A DNA stretch of 64,000 nt from Octopus vulgaris. Its lineage: Eukaryota. A program made the translations under genes and the position numbers. The notes under the pieces were generated by a model. That model ran no database searches and was not told the DNA's origin. It saw nothing but the letters and a program-made list of their open reading frames with translations. Shown in pieces: positions 49,053 through 62,343 of the stretch. Position 1 is the stretch's first letter, and every line of letters starts with the position of its first letter. The DNA is taken from contig OX597819.1 in NCBI GenBank assembly GCA_951406725.2, positions 124,806,001-124,870,000 of the forward strand, written 5' to 3'.

Positions 49053-50106
49053 GAAAGTGTGATTGCTGATAAATATCAAATTAGTTGAAATAAGGTGAAA
49101 GAATAGGAATGGCTCAGGAAGGAGGGAGTACAGTAGAGGAAGCAAGGAGAGCAACAGTATGATAAATCTCTGTAGGTAGATCAGAAAATGTGTAAATGAT
49201 GTGTGGTGTGGGAGAGTAGGAGTGAGTGGGGAGAAATGTACACAGGTAGATGGATGTCACAGGTATGTAGGGGTGGCTAAAGTGGTGGACAAAGAGGTAG
49301 GAGGAAAAGTGGTTGTCAATGACAGATATACCAGGGTGATGAGATTGATAACAGATAATAGATGGTGTTAGCAATAAGGTAATGGCAGTTCTAAGATGAA
49401 TCTTGGAAGCATAGAAAAGGGAGATTGGTGGAAAATAAAGTGGGAAGGGATGATGTTAAAAATGTGGGATTGATTTGAAAAGGAAGGGGTTTCAGGGGCA
49501 AAATGCGTAAAGAATCATTTTTCGGTCAAGTTTAATAAAATTTAATATGTACTCAATGCATGAGGTGTCATTTTTGGGCCCAAGGCCCAATGAAGAGCCC
49601 TCCACAGGGCTAAATAAAATTAGCGTTAAACAAAATTAGGTTGGTTTCTAAGTTTTTGAACTTGTGAAATATTTTGGTTAAGAAAAACACAATTATTTGG
49701 ATGCAAAATTTTGCCGTCTCATTGAGAAAGTGGGGGAGTGGTGTGCAAATTTTGATAATATTTTTTGAGAAGTGGACTGGTTTTATCAGTTTGAGAACCA
49801 CAAAGTTTGCTAGTGATTGCTTAAGAAGATGTCCAAGACCCAGTTTATGGGAATCTGTTTGTAACATTTCTATTTGAGACAGGAACATATTTTATCTTTG
49901 ATTCCTGTTCCTTTTAAGCTAATTTATGCATCCATCTGTAGACAGCATAAACTCAGTGTACAGCAATCCCTAGTATTACAGAAAGGTTACATTTTTGAAA
50001 GTTTTGCTGTAATGTGATGTATTTTTACTGAAATTTTTCATGACAACCCCCTTCCAAAAAAAAAAAGCACAACTATGTTTATAACTAGAGTATATTCAAG
50101 GGATTG

Positions 50107-50523
50107 AAGGCAGTGAGCTGGCAGACATGTTAGCGTGCCGGGCGAAATACTTAGTGGTATTTCGTCTGCCTTTACGTTCTGAGTTCAAATTCTGCTAAGG
50201 TCGACTTTGCCTTTCATCCTTTTGGGGTCGATAAATAAAGTACCAGTTACGCACTGGGGTCGATGTAATCAACTTAATCCCTTTGTCTGTCCTTGTTTGT
50301 CCCCTCTGTGTTTAGCCCCTTGTGGGTAGTCAAGAAATAGGTATTTCGTCTGCCGTTAAGTTCTAAGTTCAAATTCCGCCGAGGTCGACTTTGCCTTTCA
50401 TCCTTCCAAGGTTGATAAATTAAGTACCAGTTTCGCACTGGGGTCGATGTAATCGACTTAATCCCTTTGTCTGTCCTTGTTTGTCCCCTCTATGTTTAGC
50501 CCCTTGTGGGCAATAAAGAAATA
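50107..50523 (+). mobile_element. SINE A tandem dimer, 16-bp TSD
   Basis: TSD tatattcaagggattg at 50091-50106 and 50524-50539. Confidence 0.9.
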
Positions 50524-50615
50524 TATATTCAAGGGATTGTTTTTTTTTTTATTTATAAGATCTGCTTCCCGTTTTTAAAACAAATTTCTGTTGAATTTTT
50601 TGTTATACTTTTCAG

Positions 50616-50837
50616 ACTCGCTTGGCTGTAAACTCCGTTACTGCTGGCAATTACCAAGAACCATTGCTGATTAAGAAATCTGTCACACAACTGGATGCTG
50701 GATTTAGGCTGTTAAATTTGAAAAATGATTCTTTGCGCAAACGGTACGATGCTTTGAAATATGACTTGAAAAAAATTGAGGAAATAGTTTATGATTTATC
50801 AATTCGTGGACTCAGTAATAAAACAGAAAATCAGTGA
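50616..50837 (+). CDS. TSN: Translin exon 6 (terminal); joined CDS 687 nt, 228 aa
   Basis: tttcag|ACT CGC...CAG TGA; TRLAVNSVTAGNY...GFRLLNLKNDSLRKRYDALKYDLKKIEEIVYDLSIRGL. Confidence 0.97.
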   Translation, partial: TRLAVNSVTAGNYQEPLLIKKSVTQLDAGFRLLNLKNDSLRKRYDALKYDLKKIEEIVYDLSIRGLSNKTENQ

Positions 50838-50907
50838 ATTTGGACAGGTTAATGAGATGCAACTTTTTTCTTTTTGTAGGATCTGGATTTAAGAAAACTT
50901 TTCAAAT

Positions 50908-50913
50908 AATAAA
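50908..50913 (+). terminator. Candidate polyadenylation signal of TSN
   Basis: AATAAA about 70 nt after the TSN stop, followed by U-rich sequence; weak evidence in AT-rich DNA. Confidence 0.35.
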
Positions 50914-52449
50914 GCATCATTTCATATTGTTTTTAAAAGTTGACAACTTGATAACATATTGCATGTTTTGTGTACCATTTAATCATACAAAAGAACATGA
51001 ATTTTCAGAATTTCCTTCTATAAATCATAGGTGGAGGTGAATGATATGTGGTTAAGGAGGTTGTTTCTTAACAGCACAGTTCTGAGTTTGATCTGTGTGG
51101 CCCCTTTTTGTGTTTCTCTCATAAAAATATGAATTTTTGCATAAAAATTTGAATTTTTCTTATGTAAATCTGAAATTGTTCTCATGAAAATCTGAATACC
51201 TCACTTTTCTCTTGAAGTTTGAATGTTTTGAATATCTGAATTTTTTTCTCACAAAAATTTGAAAGCCTTGCCCCTCTCATGAAAGTTTATGGTCACTTCC
51301 AATTTTCTAAGGCAAAACATGTTGAAACACAGGTGCCCCAGAATGCTGTGTGCCAATGAGACAAGTGGTATTTAACACGCTGTCATTGTAAAAGGGAGAA
51401 GTTATTCTATGACATACACAACAGTATTCAGCATATTTTGCTGTAACAGTATCGCCAACAGCAACAATAATAAAAAGAGACGTTGAGCGATGGCTAGGAG
51501 AATATTGAGCTTTATTTGATAACCAATTGATCTAGCAAGCGGGGCCTCATATCAGTGAGGTTGGGGGGAGGGGCAGTGCGCAATGATGCCATCGAGAGTT
51601 ATAGGCCCCGAAATGGCGTGCATTCTCTCCTGATGGCCCCATATACTTACTGGCTTCTGGTATGCAGAGCTTTTGGCTGGTAGCACTGGCATGTGCACAT
51701 TCTTTGCAAAACATCTATCACTGACATGGTTTCCACAAAAGAACTATTTTCTCTCTCTCTCTCGGCAACAAAACCTGAAAATTGGCAGATGTAGCTCAAT
51801 TTAGAAAAGTTGAGGGAGAAGGGAAGACCTTACTCATCCCCTCCTGAAACTCTTGCCAAGAAAACTATTCCATTCCAATGAATGAGTCTTAAATCCCAGT
51901 GATTGGAGACTTCTACAAATACCCAAATAAAAAGAACCCTCCTAAGATGTAAGTAGAACATCAACTAAATATCTAGGGCAAGATATTTCGGTGGAGATGA
52001 GGTCTTGTTTAAGATTGAGGTCCCTGCAATCCAGCACTCAGTGGCCGCCCGCTACAACAAGAATCTTGTTCTCTTTCTTACTCATTTAGAAAGATGGGCA
52101 GTAAAGATAACTATACTGGGGTTCCAAAAAAATTGGACCTTTGGTGGATTCTCGAATGCATAGTCCTTGAGGGCAGTGATACTCTCATGATGTTAAAAGA
52201 ACAAGGAGGGATCGCAGGACTGGGACCACACTGGAGGTTCTTCTCTTTGAAAAGCCCAACCAGATGGAGATTTGATCTCCCTTCCGAATAGAGCAGAGTA
52301 ACGCCTTATTGGAGATAGCAGACAATTGAAATGCCACGTCTATGAATGATGAAAAATCTCTGAGCATTTTACCCACACAACCAAAACAAGAAAGGGGGAA
52401 GGAAGACTTTAACTGCTGCAGACACCATCGCAGACATAACAACAGAACA

Positions 52450-52830
52450 GTGGAGGCGCAATGGCCCAGTGGTTAGGGCAGCAGACTCACGGTTTTGATT
52501 CCCAGACCGGGCGTTGGGTGTGTTTATTGAGCGAAAACACCTAAAGCTCCACGAGGCTCCGGCAGGGGGTGGTGGTGACCCCTGTTGTACTGTTTCGCTC
52601 CAACTTTCTCTCACCCTTTCTTCCTGTTTCTTGTCCCCGACTTCCTACGCAACCGCTGAGCCTGGATGCGCATTCATCCATCCGTCGATGCTCTCGATGT
52701 TGGGGGGGTTGACCTGCTTTCTCTTCTGCGGGTCTTACGAATAGCAAAGGACCACGTTTCGGACTTCTCCCACTGGGACGAAGACCGCTTCGCTCAACAA
52801 ACAAACAAACAAACAGTAGCAACAACAATA
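52450..52830 (+). mobile_element. SINE family D
   Basis: Matches 10282-10670. Confidence 0.85.
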
Positions 52831-53391
52831 AGAGCGAGATTTGTGCAACAACTGAAGCAGCAAGGAAAAAAAAAGGAGACAAAAAATGATAAAATCTGGG
52901 ACAGCAACAGAAAAATCAGCAACACCGACAGTTGCAGAGGAAACAGTGGAAACAACAAGAGGCGTAACACAGCATCGAATATCAGCATCAATTCTGTCTG
53001 TTGTAGCAACTAATGTGGCAGAAAATACTGACACTCAAAAAATAATTGCCCCACCACTCCAGGGGGCATTCTAACCCTATTCTATCTCCTTCTGTCCTAC
53101 ATGCAAAACAAAAATATGATCACAAGAGAGAACATCCGAGGCAGAATCTTCTAATCATACATCATGTAAGGCGGATGGGGCGAGGGTGGAAGAGAAAAGC
53201 AAAAAAAAAAAAAAGAAAAGAATCTGAAGAAGGAAAGCAAAGCACAAAGCAACACCAAATCAACATTCTTGTTCCCAAACAACACCATATGCACTATGAC
53301 CATGACCACCTCCACTAACAGCAACAAAAAAAAGATACACAAACAAGACAACAACAAAAATACTAGAAGAAAACTAGAAGACAAACACAAC

Positions 53392-53712
53392 TCGACCCCG
53401 GGACTTATACTTTTGTAAGCCCAGTACTTATTCTATCGGTCTCTTTTGCCGAACCGCTAAGTGACGGGGACGTAAACACACCCGCATCGGTTGTCAAGCA
53501 ATGCAAGGGGGACAAACACAGACACACAAACAAACACACATACATATATATACATATATACGACAGGCTTCTTTCAGTTTCCGTCTACCAAATCCACTCA
53601 CAAGGCATTGGTCGGCCCGGGGCTATAGCAGAAGACACTTGCCCAAGATGCCACGCAGTGGGACTGAACCCGGAACCATGTGGTTGGTTAGCAAGCTACT
53701 TACCACACAGCC
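53392..53712 (-). mobile_element. SINE family B
   Basis: Matches 46288-46670. Confidence 0.85.
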
Positions 53713-53864
53713 AAATGTCTGTCTGTTGTAAGGAAATAAGAGAGAGAGTGTTTCCTACATGACATTGGGAACCCTAGCATCACGGCCTCGAATAGGCCAT
53801 TACAAGTTTTTAATCAAGGAATCTCATATCGAAAATGAATTTCCACATATATGAGTGCCTACAA

Positions 53865-55885
53865 CCATTCTACTAGTCTCCCTAACATTCTCCACATTTA
53901 ACAGCTGACTGAAATACTCTGCCCATCTCCTTTGTACATCCTTGCTTCCTTTCAACAGATTTCCATTTACATCCTTCACCATTTCTTCCCTTCCTCCAAC
54001 CACCTTTCTTTCCCTTTGTACCTCTTTCCAAAACATCTTTTTATTTCTTACAAACTTTTCGCTCAACTTCCCCCCCCCCCCCCCGAACCTTTCACTCACC
54101 TCCCATTTCGCCACCCTCACCACTTTCTTTACTCTCCTCTTCATTTCTCTGTAGCGATCATAAGCCTCTTCACCCCCTTTCTGCAAACACTCTTCAAAGG
54201 CCCTTTTCTTCTCTTCCACCGCATCCCTTACCTGCGCGTCCCACCACTCACTACCTTTCCCCACACCCATTCCAACCACATACCTCTGAATCACATCTCA
54301 TTACTGCCTCTCTAAAAGCCTCCTGCTCCTCCTCCACATTTCTTACCTCCTGTTTCTTAACCTGTTCATATTCACCTCTCAGTTTCTCTACATACAAATT
54401 GCTCCTTCTCTCTCCTATACACTTCATTCACCTTCACAACCTCTCTCTTCCCTGTCGCTCGTCTAGCATTCCATTTTGCTCATACCTTCCACTTACCCTG
54501 TACTAAGAAGTGATCTGACACTCCTCCACCTTCACCTCTCATTACATGCACATTCAACAACTTTCCTACCACTCTCTTATCAATTAATATATATATTTCT
54601 TTACAGCCCACAAGGGGCTAAACATAGAGGGGACGAACAAGGACAGACAAAGGGATTAAGTCGATTACATCGACCCCAATGCGTAACTGGTCCTTAATTT
54701 ATCAACCCCGAAAGGATGAAAGGTAAAGTCGACCTCGGCGTAATTTGAACTCAGAATGTAACGGCAGACGAAATACTGCTAAGCATTTCGCCCGGCGTGC
54801 TAACGATTCTGCCAGCTCGCCGCCTTTATCAATTAATATATTGTCCATCAAGGTCCTATCCACTGCTGTTCCTCCATCTACCCTCCACCACGTGAACTTA
54901 TTCTTCTCTCACTTTCTGAAAAGACTATTCTCCACCACCAATTCCTGCTCCATACACATTTCCAACAACCCCCTCCCACTCTCATTCCAACCAGGATCTC
55001 CCTATTTTCCTACATTTTCTTCTTCCTCATTTCCCACTCGTGCATTCAAATCACCACATAACCACCTTTCCCCACCCAACCCACACACGCTTTCAGTTCC
55101 CTCCAGAACGCCTCTACTTCTTCCACACTCCCTTTCACTCCCTGGACCACATGCACTAAAAACCACACCCACACCTCTCCTCCTCACCTCATCTTAACCC
55201 ACATTAATCTTGAAGACACTTCTCTCCAATCTACCAGACTCTTCTTCACACGCTCACTCACCAGCAATGCCACACCCTCGTGAGCCCTACCCCCTCCCAA
55301 CACTCGTCCAGTCACATCCCCAAACTTACCCTGACCTTTCATATTAGTCTTGTTCAGTGCCAGCGTGTCCATCCTTCTCATCATCACACTCCCTATCTCT
55401 CTCCTCTTTATCTCACCTGTACTACACCCACGAACATTACCTGACCCTAATACTGGGGTAAGATTTGGTGTTAACCTTCTTCTACCCCTTGTCTTTTTCT
55501 TGTCGTCTTTTTAGGAACATGGATTTACTAGGAGAGGGTTCCCAGTCCCCTCGCTCCTGCCCCTTTTAGTCGCCCCTTACGGCACGCAGGGAGTACGGCG
55601 ACTGCATTCTCCCGCTCCCCGCCCAGTCGCAGGTGGGGTTTGCTAGTTAATCCATAGCTGGGGCCCTTACAGCTGCTACCACTCCGGGCAAGAGCAGACC
55701 TGGGAACAATAGTGGCTAAGAGTTGGTTCCACACTCCTCAAACCCTGAAACCAGAGCCCCAGGGCTACTTCTGGGGACGTGAAAGAGCTCCCCACGTGAA
55801 CTATGCTGTACAAGAACAGTGTCGGGATGCATGGATGGCGATACCTTAAAGTGTCAGCCGCCAGGCACACACACCTGATCGGCAC
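53865..55885 (-). mobile_element. 5' half of another RTE-like LINE (leader, APE endonuclease, linker), interrupted by SINE A at about 54593-54825
   Basis: GVALLVS...VSSRLMWVK, LCGDLNARVG, WWDAQVRDAVEEKKRAF, RRWAEYFSQLLN; SINE TSD ttatcaattaatata at 54577 and 54826. Confidence 0.85.
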
Positions 55886-55889
55886 TCTT

Positions 55890-56930
55890 CTAAAGGAATG
55901 CGAGGTGGTGACAGAAACAAAGGAAGTCAGTACGGCATCTGAGAAGCCTGATTTGCGTCGTTCAGTAGCATCATGACACGCTGGATGGACGAACCAGTTA
56001 AATTGCTAGGGGTCTGGTTTTGGCCGGACTTGCAGATGAACAAGAACTGGGGGAAAGTGACGAGCAGGGTAACCAACCTCATCAGAAATGGGCAGAGAGA
56101 AAGCCTTTAATGAAGGGTCGAGCAGAGGTGGTGAACGCGCATATCATCTCCGTCATCGATTACCGCTTGACCATCGTGCCTTGCCCCAATTCACGTCTGA
56201 CCAGACTGGAGCGTGCTTACCCTTCCGCATTCTGAAGAAGAGAACGTTCTGCTGCTCAGGCGCTCCATTTGCTAACACTCGCTGAGTATGCCGTAGCTAA
56301 CGATGCGAGACATGCGCTGACGCTACGACATCTTCAGCGTCGTTTTCTTGGCGATAAACAGGTCAGGTTACTGTTGGTCAGACTCACCTTTTCGCAGCTC
56401 GTCTCTCTGACTGGTTTGCAATCTTGGATAAAGCATAGACCAAGGTATGACACCTGGCTCCTAAAATGCTATCAGACACTCACAGTCCACTGCCAGTCGG
56501 GCAATGCGATTGGTGGAAATTCCACTCGGCCTTCTATAGTTTCGAGGTGGGCAGAGGTAACAATATTCACAAGGAGAGTCTTGGAGTCGATGAGAATCAA
56601 CTGACTGGTCTGTAATGGAAAACTTTTGGACCGGGGCCCATGAATAATTTCCAGAAGTCACTGGCCTTGCTGTGCTACCAGGGGGAACTGCCGGTTTGAG
56701 ATAAAGTCTACAGGCATAGAAATGCCATCATTAGGGCTTGCCCGAAATGCGCGCAGAGCGACGAAACTTCTGCACGCACTTATCCTGTGCCATAGCATTG
56801 CTGACTTGTAGGCTTGTGTTAAACACCTGCTGTCGTGTGTAGTACCGTTCTGACTTTCGGCTGAGTCCTTTGTGAAGGTCACCCTGAAGCCTTGTTTTGG
56901 TCGAGAAATTGGTTGAACGATATTTCGGCA
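55890..56930 (+). mobile_element. Decayed Tx1/L1-like LINE ORF2 C-terminal part
   Basis: KLLGVWF.GPD...KGRAEVVNAHI..; C-terminal CPKC....ET..HALILC zinc-knuckle remnant. Confidence 0.65.
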
Positions 56931-57324
56931 TCTAGCGTGCCTTTCACAGGAAATTCAAACAGCTATTTCTGAAAGTCCGCTTTTCTAGTTCACGACCATG
57001 CCAAAACTAAATGAGCAAAGTAAAGACCTTCTAGAAACGCAGTAAAACCTATTCAGAACACAAGTTCAGAAAATTATCCTTGTTCTCATTGAGCATATAG
57101 AAGACAAATTTAGGCGGGGCAAAATGGGTAAGACAAGACAAAGCTACTATGGCCTTCCAGTTCTCCAGAATTAAAGTTGAAAAGAATTATACACATAAAC
57201 GTCTTTCCTTGGACATCGGAAAGATCAGAAATGCAGCAAAATTTAAAATATCTTGATCAAATGAAAGAGGGTCATGGAAAAATCACACAATACTAAATTA
57301 ATGAAACTCAACTAAATCTAAAAA

Positions 57325-57386
57325 CACACACGCACACACACACACACACGCATACACACACACACACACGCATACACACACACACG

Positions 57387-57424
<38 letters not shown>
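57325..57424. repeat. (CA)n microsatellite
   Basis: Directly visible. Confidence 0.95.
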
Positions 57425-57430
<6 letters not shown>

Positions 57431-58050
57431 GGACAAAATAATGAAAACACTTTAAAATTTCAAACAAATTTATTTTAATATGGAGTAAGACTGACTTTGG
57501 CAGTATTTACAGCTTGAATTCTACGAGGTATGGAGTCGTACAAAGTTTGAATTGTTTCCAAAGGAATTTTTGTCCATTCTTCGCCTAAAACAGTCTCCAG
57601 TTCTTTTAATGATGATTGTGGAGGATATCGACTCCGAACTTGTTTTTCTAAAATGCACCATAAACGATCAATAATATTGAGATATGGGGACTGTGGTGGC
57701 CAGATAAGATGTTCAACTTCACTAGAATGTTCCTCGTGCTATTCAGTGACAACTTTAGCTGTGTGAATTGGTGCATTATCATCCTGAAAGATTGCGTTTC
57801 ACTCCGGAAACAGTTCCACAACCATAGGATGAATTGGATCAGATAACATGCTTAAATAGTCTTGACTATTAATTCTGCCATTAAGGGAAACCATTGGGCC
57901 AGCGGATTGCCAAGATATAGCCAGCACCGAGATCATCACAGATCGTCTTCCATGTTTAACAGTCGGGAGAAGGCAGTCTGGGTCAAATGCTTCGTATATT
58001 TGGCTGGTGGTCGGAAATAAGGTAAAGGATGACTCGTCCGAGAAAATGGT
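57423..58050 (-). mobile_element. Tc1/mariner remnant with a terminal inverted repeat
   Basis: TIR-like cagaggttggacaaaataatgaaaacac; FSDESSF, FQDDNAPIH, WPPQSP.LNII (DDE region). Confidence 0.88.
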
Positions 58051-58249
58051 CGAGTCGACTGATGTGGGCAAGCATCTCGGTTGCGATGGTGCAAGTGATA
58101 TAATTATTTCTCCCGGGTGAGGTACCGGTGCATGATGCTGATATTGTTGGATGGATCTCTCCTGCTGTTCATTCTGTTGATGCTGTTGTTATTTTGGATG
58201 CTGCTACTCGTGGCACTGATGCTGTTGGTGTTGGTGGTGCTGCTACACG

Positions 58250-58445
58250 CGGCGAGCTGGTAGAGACGTTAGCACGCTGGGCGAAATGCTTCTCGGTATT
58301 TCGTCAACCGTTACGTTCTGAGTTCAAATTCCGCCGAGGTCGACTTTGCCTTTCATCCTTTCAGGGTCGATGTAATAGACTTAATCCGTTTGTCTGTCCT
58401 TGTTTGCCCCCTCTGTGTTTAGCCCCTTGTGGGTAGTAAAGAAAT
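58250..58445 (+). mobile_element. SINE family A
   Basis: Consensus match with a small internal deletion. Confidence 0.82.
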
Positions 58446-59204
58446 TGGTGCTGCTACTGTTGCTTTTCATACCGAGTTTGTTGTGTTAAAGGTGTCTGCA
58501 GAGGGTGGGGTTCTTTTTCTTTGCATGGGACAGAAAGCCTTTAAGTGGTTTGTCTCACCAAAATTGTGGTATCTCCGGTTTCTATTTTAGACTACTACGA
58601 AAAGCTGTGTACTAAAAAGGAAGTCGATCAGGTCAGGGATGACCTCTATGATTTTTTTCCGATCGGCCAGTGTTCATAGTTCTATTCCTGTGCCTGACCA
58701 ATTTTTCTTTCCTATTTTGTGCACTTGGAGAATTGTTGTTGTATTCCCAATTCCATATAATACAGCTGCCACCAGCAAAGAGACGTTACTATCTTCATTT
58801 GAACCAACCATCTTCCAACTGGGGTATGTTGGAATTAGCCACAATCCCTCACTTTTTAGGGTTATCGTGGCACTTTTTTGACTTTTTCCTCAGTTGGGAA
58901 TCTCATCCCGACTGTGCCAAAGCGTCTCCCGCGGGTGGTAAGATTTTGGGTCTGCGCCGTTCGCTCCAGTTTCCTGGTTTATTTTTTATGAAATACACTT
59001 TAAGAAAATAGTATCTTGTATTTCCTCTGGCATGTTTAGAAATATTGTTCTGCTATTCTTTGTTAAGTGCACTTAAAAAAGAATAGCAGAACACCTTTCT
59101 TCAGTTGACGATGTGTTTGTGCAAGACCGTTTCCATTTTGTTTAGTGTTGTAGGAGGATTCCGACTTCCCCCACCAAGTAACTAAAGTTGGACTGACTCG
59201 TTAT

Positions 59205-61300
59205 AAAATAAAAAAACTGTGAGCGATTGGCAATTCGGACTGGTAAGCAGTTCACTATGAGCCGTTGGCAGAGAGCGTTGAGCCTCGTGTAATAGTTGTG
59301 CGTCGTCTAAATACTTTCGTTCCCCATCTGCTTCGTTAAATTACTTATGCAACGCCAGAATATAAAAGTGGTGACGAGGATGAGATCCGAAGCTTGCGTT
59401 GGACGTTTGAATTTTATTTTTTGGTACGAATCTAAAGAAAAAATCGTTCTAACATGGAAGATTTATTGGCCTTCGTGGTACAGTTACAACAGCAACAGCA
59501 GCAATTGTAACAACAGCAACTACAGTGGAGGTGCAATGGCTCAAGGGTTAGGGCAGCGGACTCGCGGTCGGAGGATCGTGGTTTCGATTCCCAGATCGGG
59601 CGTTGTGTGTGTTTATTGAGTGAAAACACCTAAAGCACCACGAGGCTCCGGCAGGGGCTGGTGGAGACCCCTGTTGTACTCTTTCGCCCCAACTTTCTCT
59701 CACTCTTTCTTCCTGTTTCTTGACCCCGACTTCCTACGCAACTGCTGAGCCTGGATGCGCATTCAGCCATCCGTCGATGCTCTCGGTGTCGGGGGCTGAC
59801 CTGCTTTCTCTTCTGCGAGTCTTACGAATAGCAAAGGACCACGTTTCGGACTTCTCCCACTGGACGAAGACCGCTTCGCTCAACAGCAACAGAAACAGCA
59901 ACTACAGTAACTGCAGTTGCAGCAGCAGCAACTACAACAACAATAACAATAACAAAACCAACCGTTGCTGGAATTATCGTTGAAGAAGTCTGAGAATACT
60001 TCAGATTCGAACTCGCCACACAGCGTAGCAAACTCAGTTTGAAAAATTTAGCTATAATCTAGAAGGGATTACTTTCTCAGCATATTTTCGAAGATACGAA
60101 GAAATCTTCAAAGAAGTGTATAAAAGTTGGTCTCACGAGAAAAATGACGACTACTCTTAAGAACACCATATTCTGCCGAAGAAACCAGGTGAGATTTGTT
60201 TCAACAGAACAATTTCTTATTGAAAATTTTCAGCGAAAGAAGTTCCCTGTTCAAAACTGGCTGGCAATGTTTAAATTTGGTCAAAAAAGATGAAGATTTC
60301 GTCACCTATGTTAACAGAGTTAACAGAGAGTGTGAGAAATTCAAATTGAATGAGTTGACCCGGGCATGATCAGTTTTTAGTTTTTGTTCAAACGCTTACT
60401 GCTAGCAAAGATGCAGATATACGTTCCCGGATATTAAGAAAAATAGAACAAGACCAAAATGTTACTCTGCAGACAGTAGCAGAAGAATGTCAGAGGATTA
60501 TAAATTTATATCATGATGCAGATAAAATTGAAGCGAAAGATTGCTCTCATGTTCAAGCGTGTCAACCGGTAACGAATAAGAAAAAATAGAAAAAATACAA
60601 AGACCGAATCATGTTATGGGTGAAGTGGTCTACATTTTAAAAGTAACTGTCCATTTAAAAATATAAAATGCTTCAAGTGTGGTAAAATAGGTCAAAAGGG
60701 CGGTTCAATAGAAAAGATCACGTGCCCTAACCCTTGAGCCATTGCGCCTCCACTGTAGTTGCTGTTGTTACAATTGCTGCTGTTGCTGTTGTAACTGTAC
60801 CACGAAGGTCACAAGAAATACGAACGAACCTCAAAGGAAGTTTGTGTATGTAAAAATTAATAACACAAACGTAGAGGTACAATTGGATATGGGCAGCGAT
60901 ATCTCAATAATTAATAGATACATGGAAAAAAATCGGGAGACCTAGGTTAAAATAAACTGCGAAAATTCCCAGTGGTTTTTCAGTAAAAAATTATATTTTA
61001 AGGGCGAATTGATAAGTGACATTACATTTCGTGAAAAAACCCTAAAAACCAAAGTTTTTGTTAGATAATACGTCAAATTTATTCGGAACGGACTGGATGG
61101 AATTATTTAACTCATGGGACCTCCCCATAAATCTTTCCTGCGAAAATGTGAATGGTTTTCTCCCCCAGTAAAAATAAGTCCTGAGACGAACTGAAAAAAT
61201 AATTCTTTAATATTTTTCCTGAAGTTCTGTCTGATAAATTAAGTCTGGGCACCAAAATGAAGGTGAAGTTTCAAATAAAAGAAAATGCCATACTGATATT
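59205..61300 (+). mobile_element. Ty3/Gypsy LTR retrotransposon remnant (LTR end, PBS, gag, protease)
   Basis: PBS-like tggtgacgagg at 59369; ILPKKP, CLNLVKKDEDFVTY..RVNRECEKFKL; double CCHC (CYG*..H...NCPFKNIKCFKCGKIG); protease VQLDMGSDISII; NLFGTDW. Confidence 0.8.
59527..59893 (+). mobile_element. SINE family D inserted in the gag poly-Q region, 15-bp TSD
   Basis: TSD aacagcaactacagt at 59512-59526 and 59894-59908. Confidence 0.85.
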
Positions 61301-62343
61301 TGTCTCTTGCTGTATTACGCGCCAATGTGCAACCCAACCAATCGCAGCCTTCTGATAGCGTCCCGTGACACAGTTTTTCTAAAGCTCTGTTTGAGCCTAT
61401 AATTTGCTATAAAACACAGCGATTCATCGAGTCGAGCGTCTTTGGTTCTAGACCACTGACCACAGACCAGTTGTTGCTACAATGCCACTGCTGAGTTACT
61501 TTGTACAGAATGTTCTAGTAGGTTGAGCTTACTGTTAACCATGGTGAAGTATTCACAAACAGTGAGAAGTTAAACCTGGGCGAATGTTGGCGTCGATAAG
61601 ATGAAGGCGACGGAGGTGGAGGTCCGGAATATTGCTGTTGTCGCTGGAACTGGCTTACACGACATGTGCTTTCGACCGGCTCAGCTTTTTACGCCTCAAC
61701 TTCTTGTTACAGAACTTCAACTAATGTGTACCTTTCTACGAACTGGTATTTATCTTCATCTTATGTCTGAACATTCAACTAGAGTACTATGGTTGACTCT
61801 TTCTATGCCCTGTATTTTATCTCACACGCATACGCCCTTGTTTGTACACACATACACATTACGTATGCTTGACGGCCTGTCTATTATTGTTCTTATAAAT
61901 GTACTTATGACGCACACACAGACACACACATCTGCTAACATCTAAATAAAAGCTTTCACTTAACATTCTACGGTTGTGTCGTCTTTCTTTTTCTTGTTGG
62001 CACTCACATTCATTTATCCATTTTGGCTTTTATTGTAAGCGACCGTGCAGTGTATTAAAGGAGTCATTCATTCATCACCTCTCCTTTCGCAAGGTCCAAA
62101 GTTTTCCTTCACTTTTTACTCGCTGTTCGCTTATAATTATGAAATGTTTTACTGAAATAAACTTTTTGGCTCACTTTGATTTTATGAATGTCAAATAGGT
62201 AATTACCTATATTTGTCATAGTTTAAACCCAGATCATTGCTAATCGAGAAAGAACTTAAGAAAATTTGTTCGGTTCAATCCTGTCCCGTGCCTTACTCTA
62301 ATTTCTAAAAACGGTAGTATTTGTAATTTGAAAAAGACTTGGC

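Noticed and set aside
58450-59200. Possible LINE ORF1 remnant with a CCHC-like knuckle on the minus strand (similar hints at about 51400-52400)
   Set aside because: Motif too decayed (Y-H-N-F-G-E-T-N-H-L-K-A-F-C) to call without a search
61310-61600. Possible solo LTR or promoter (CCAAT, TATAAAA)
   Set aside because: No second LTR copy or TSD identified; motifs are common by chance
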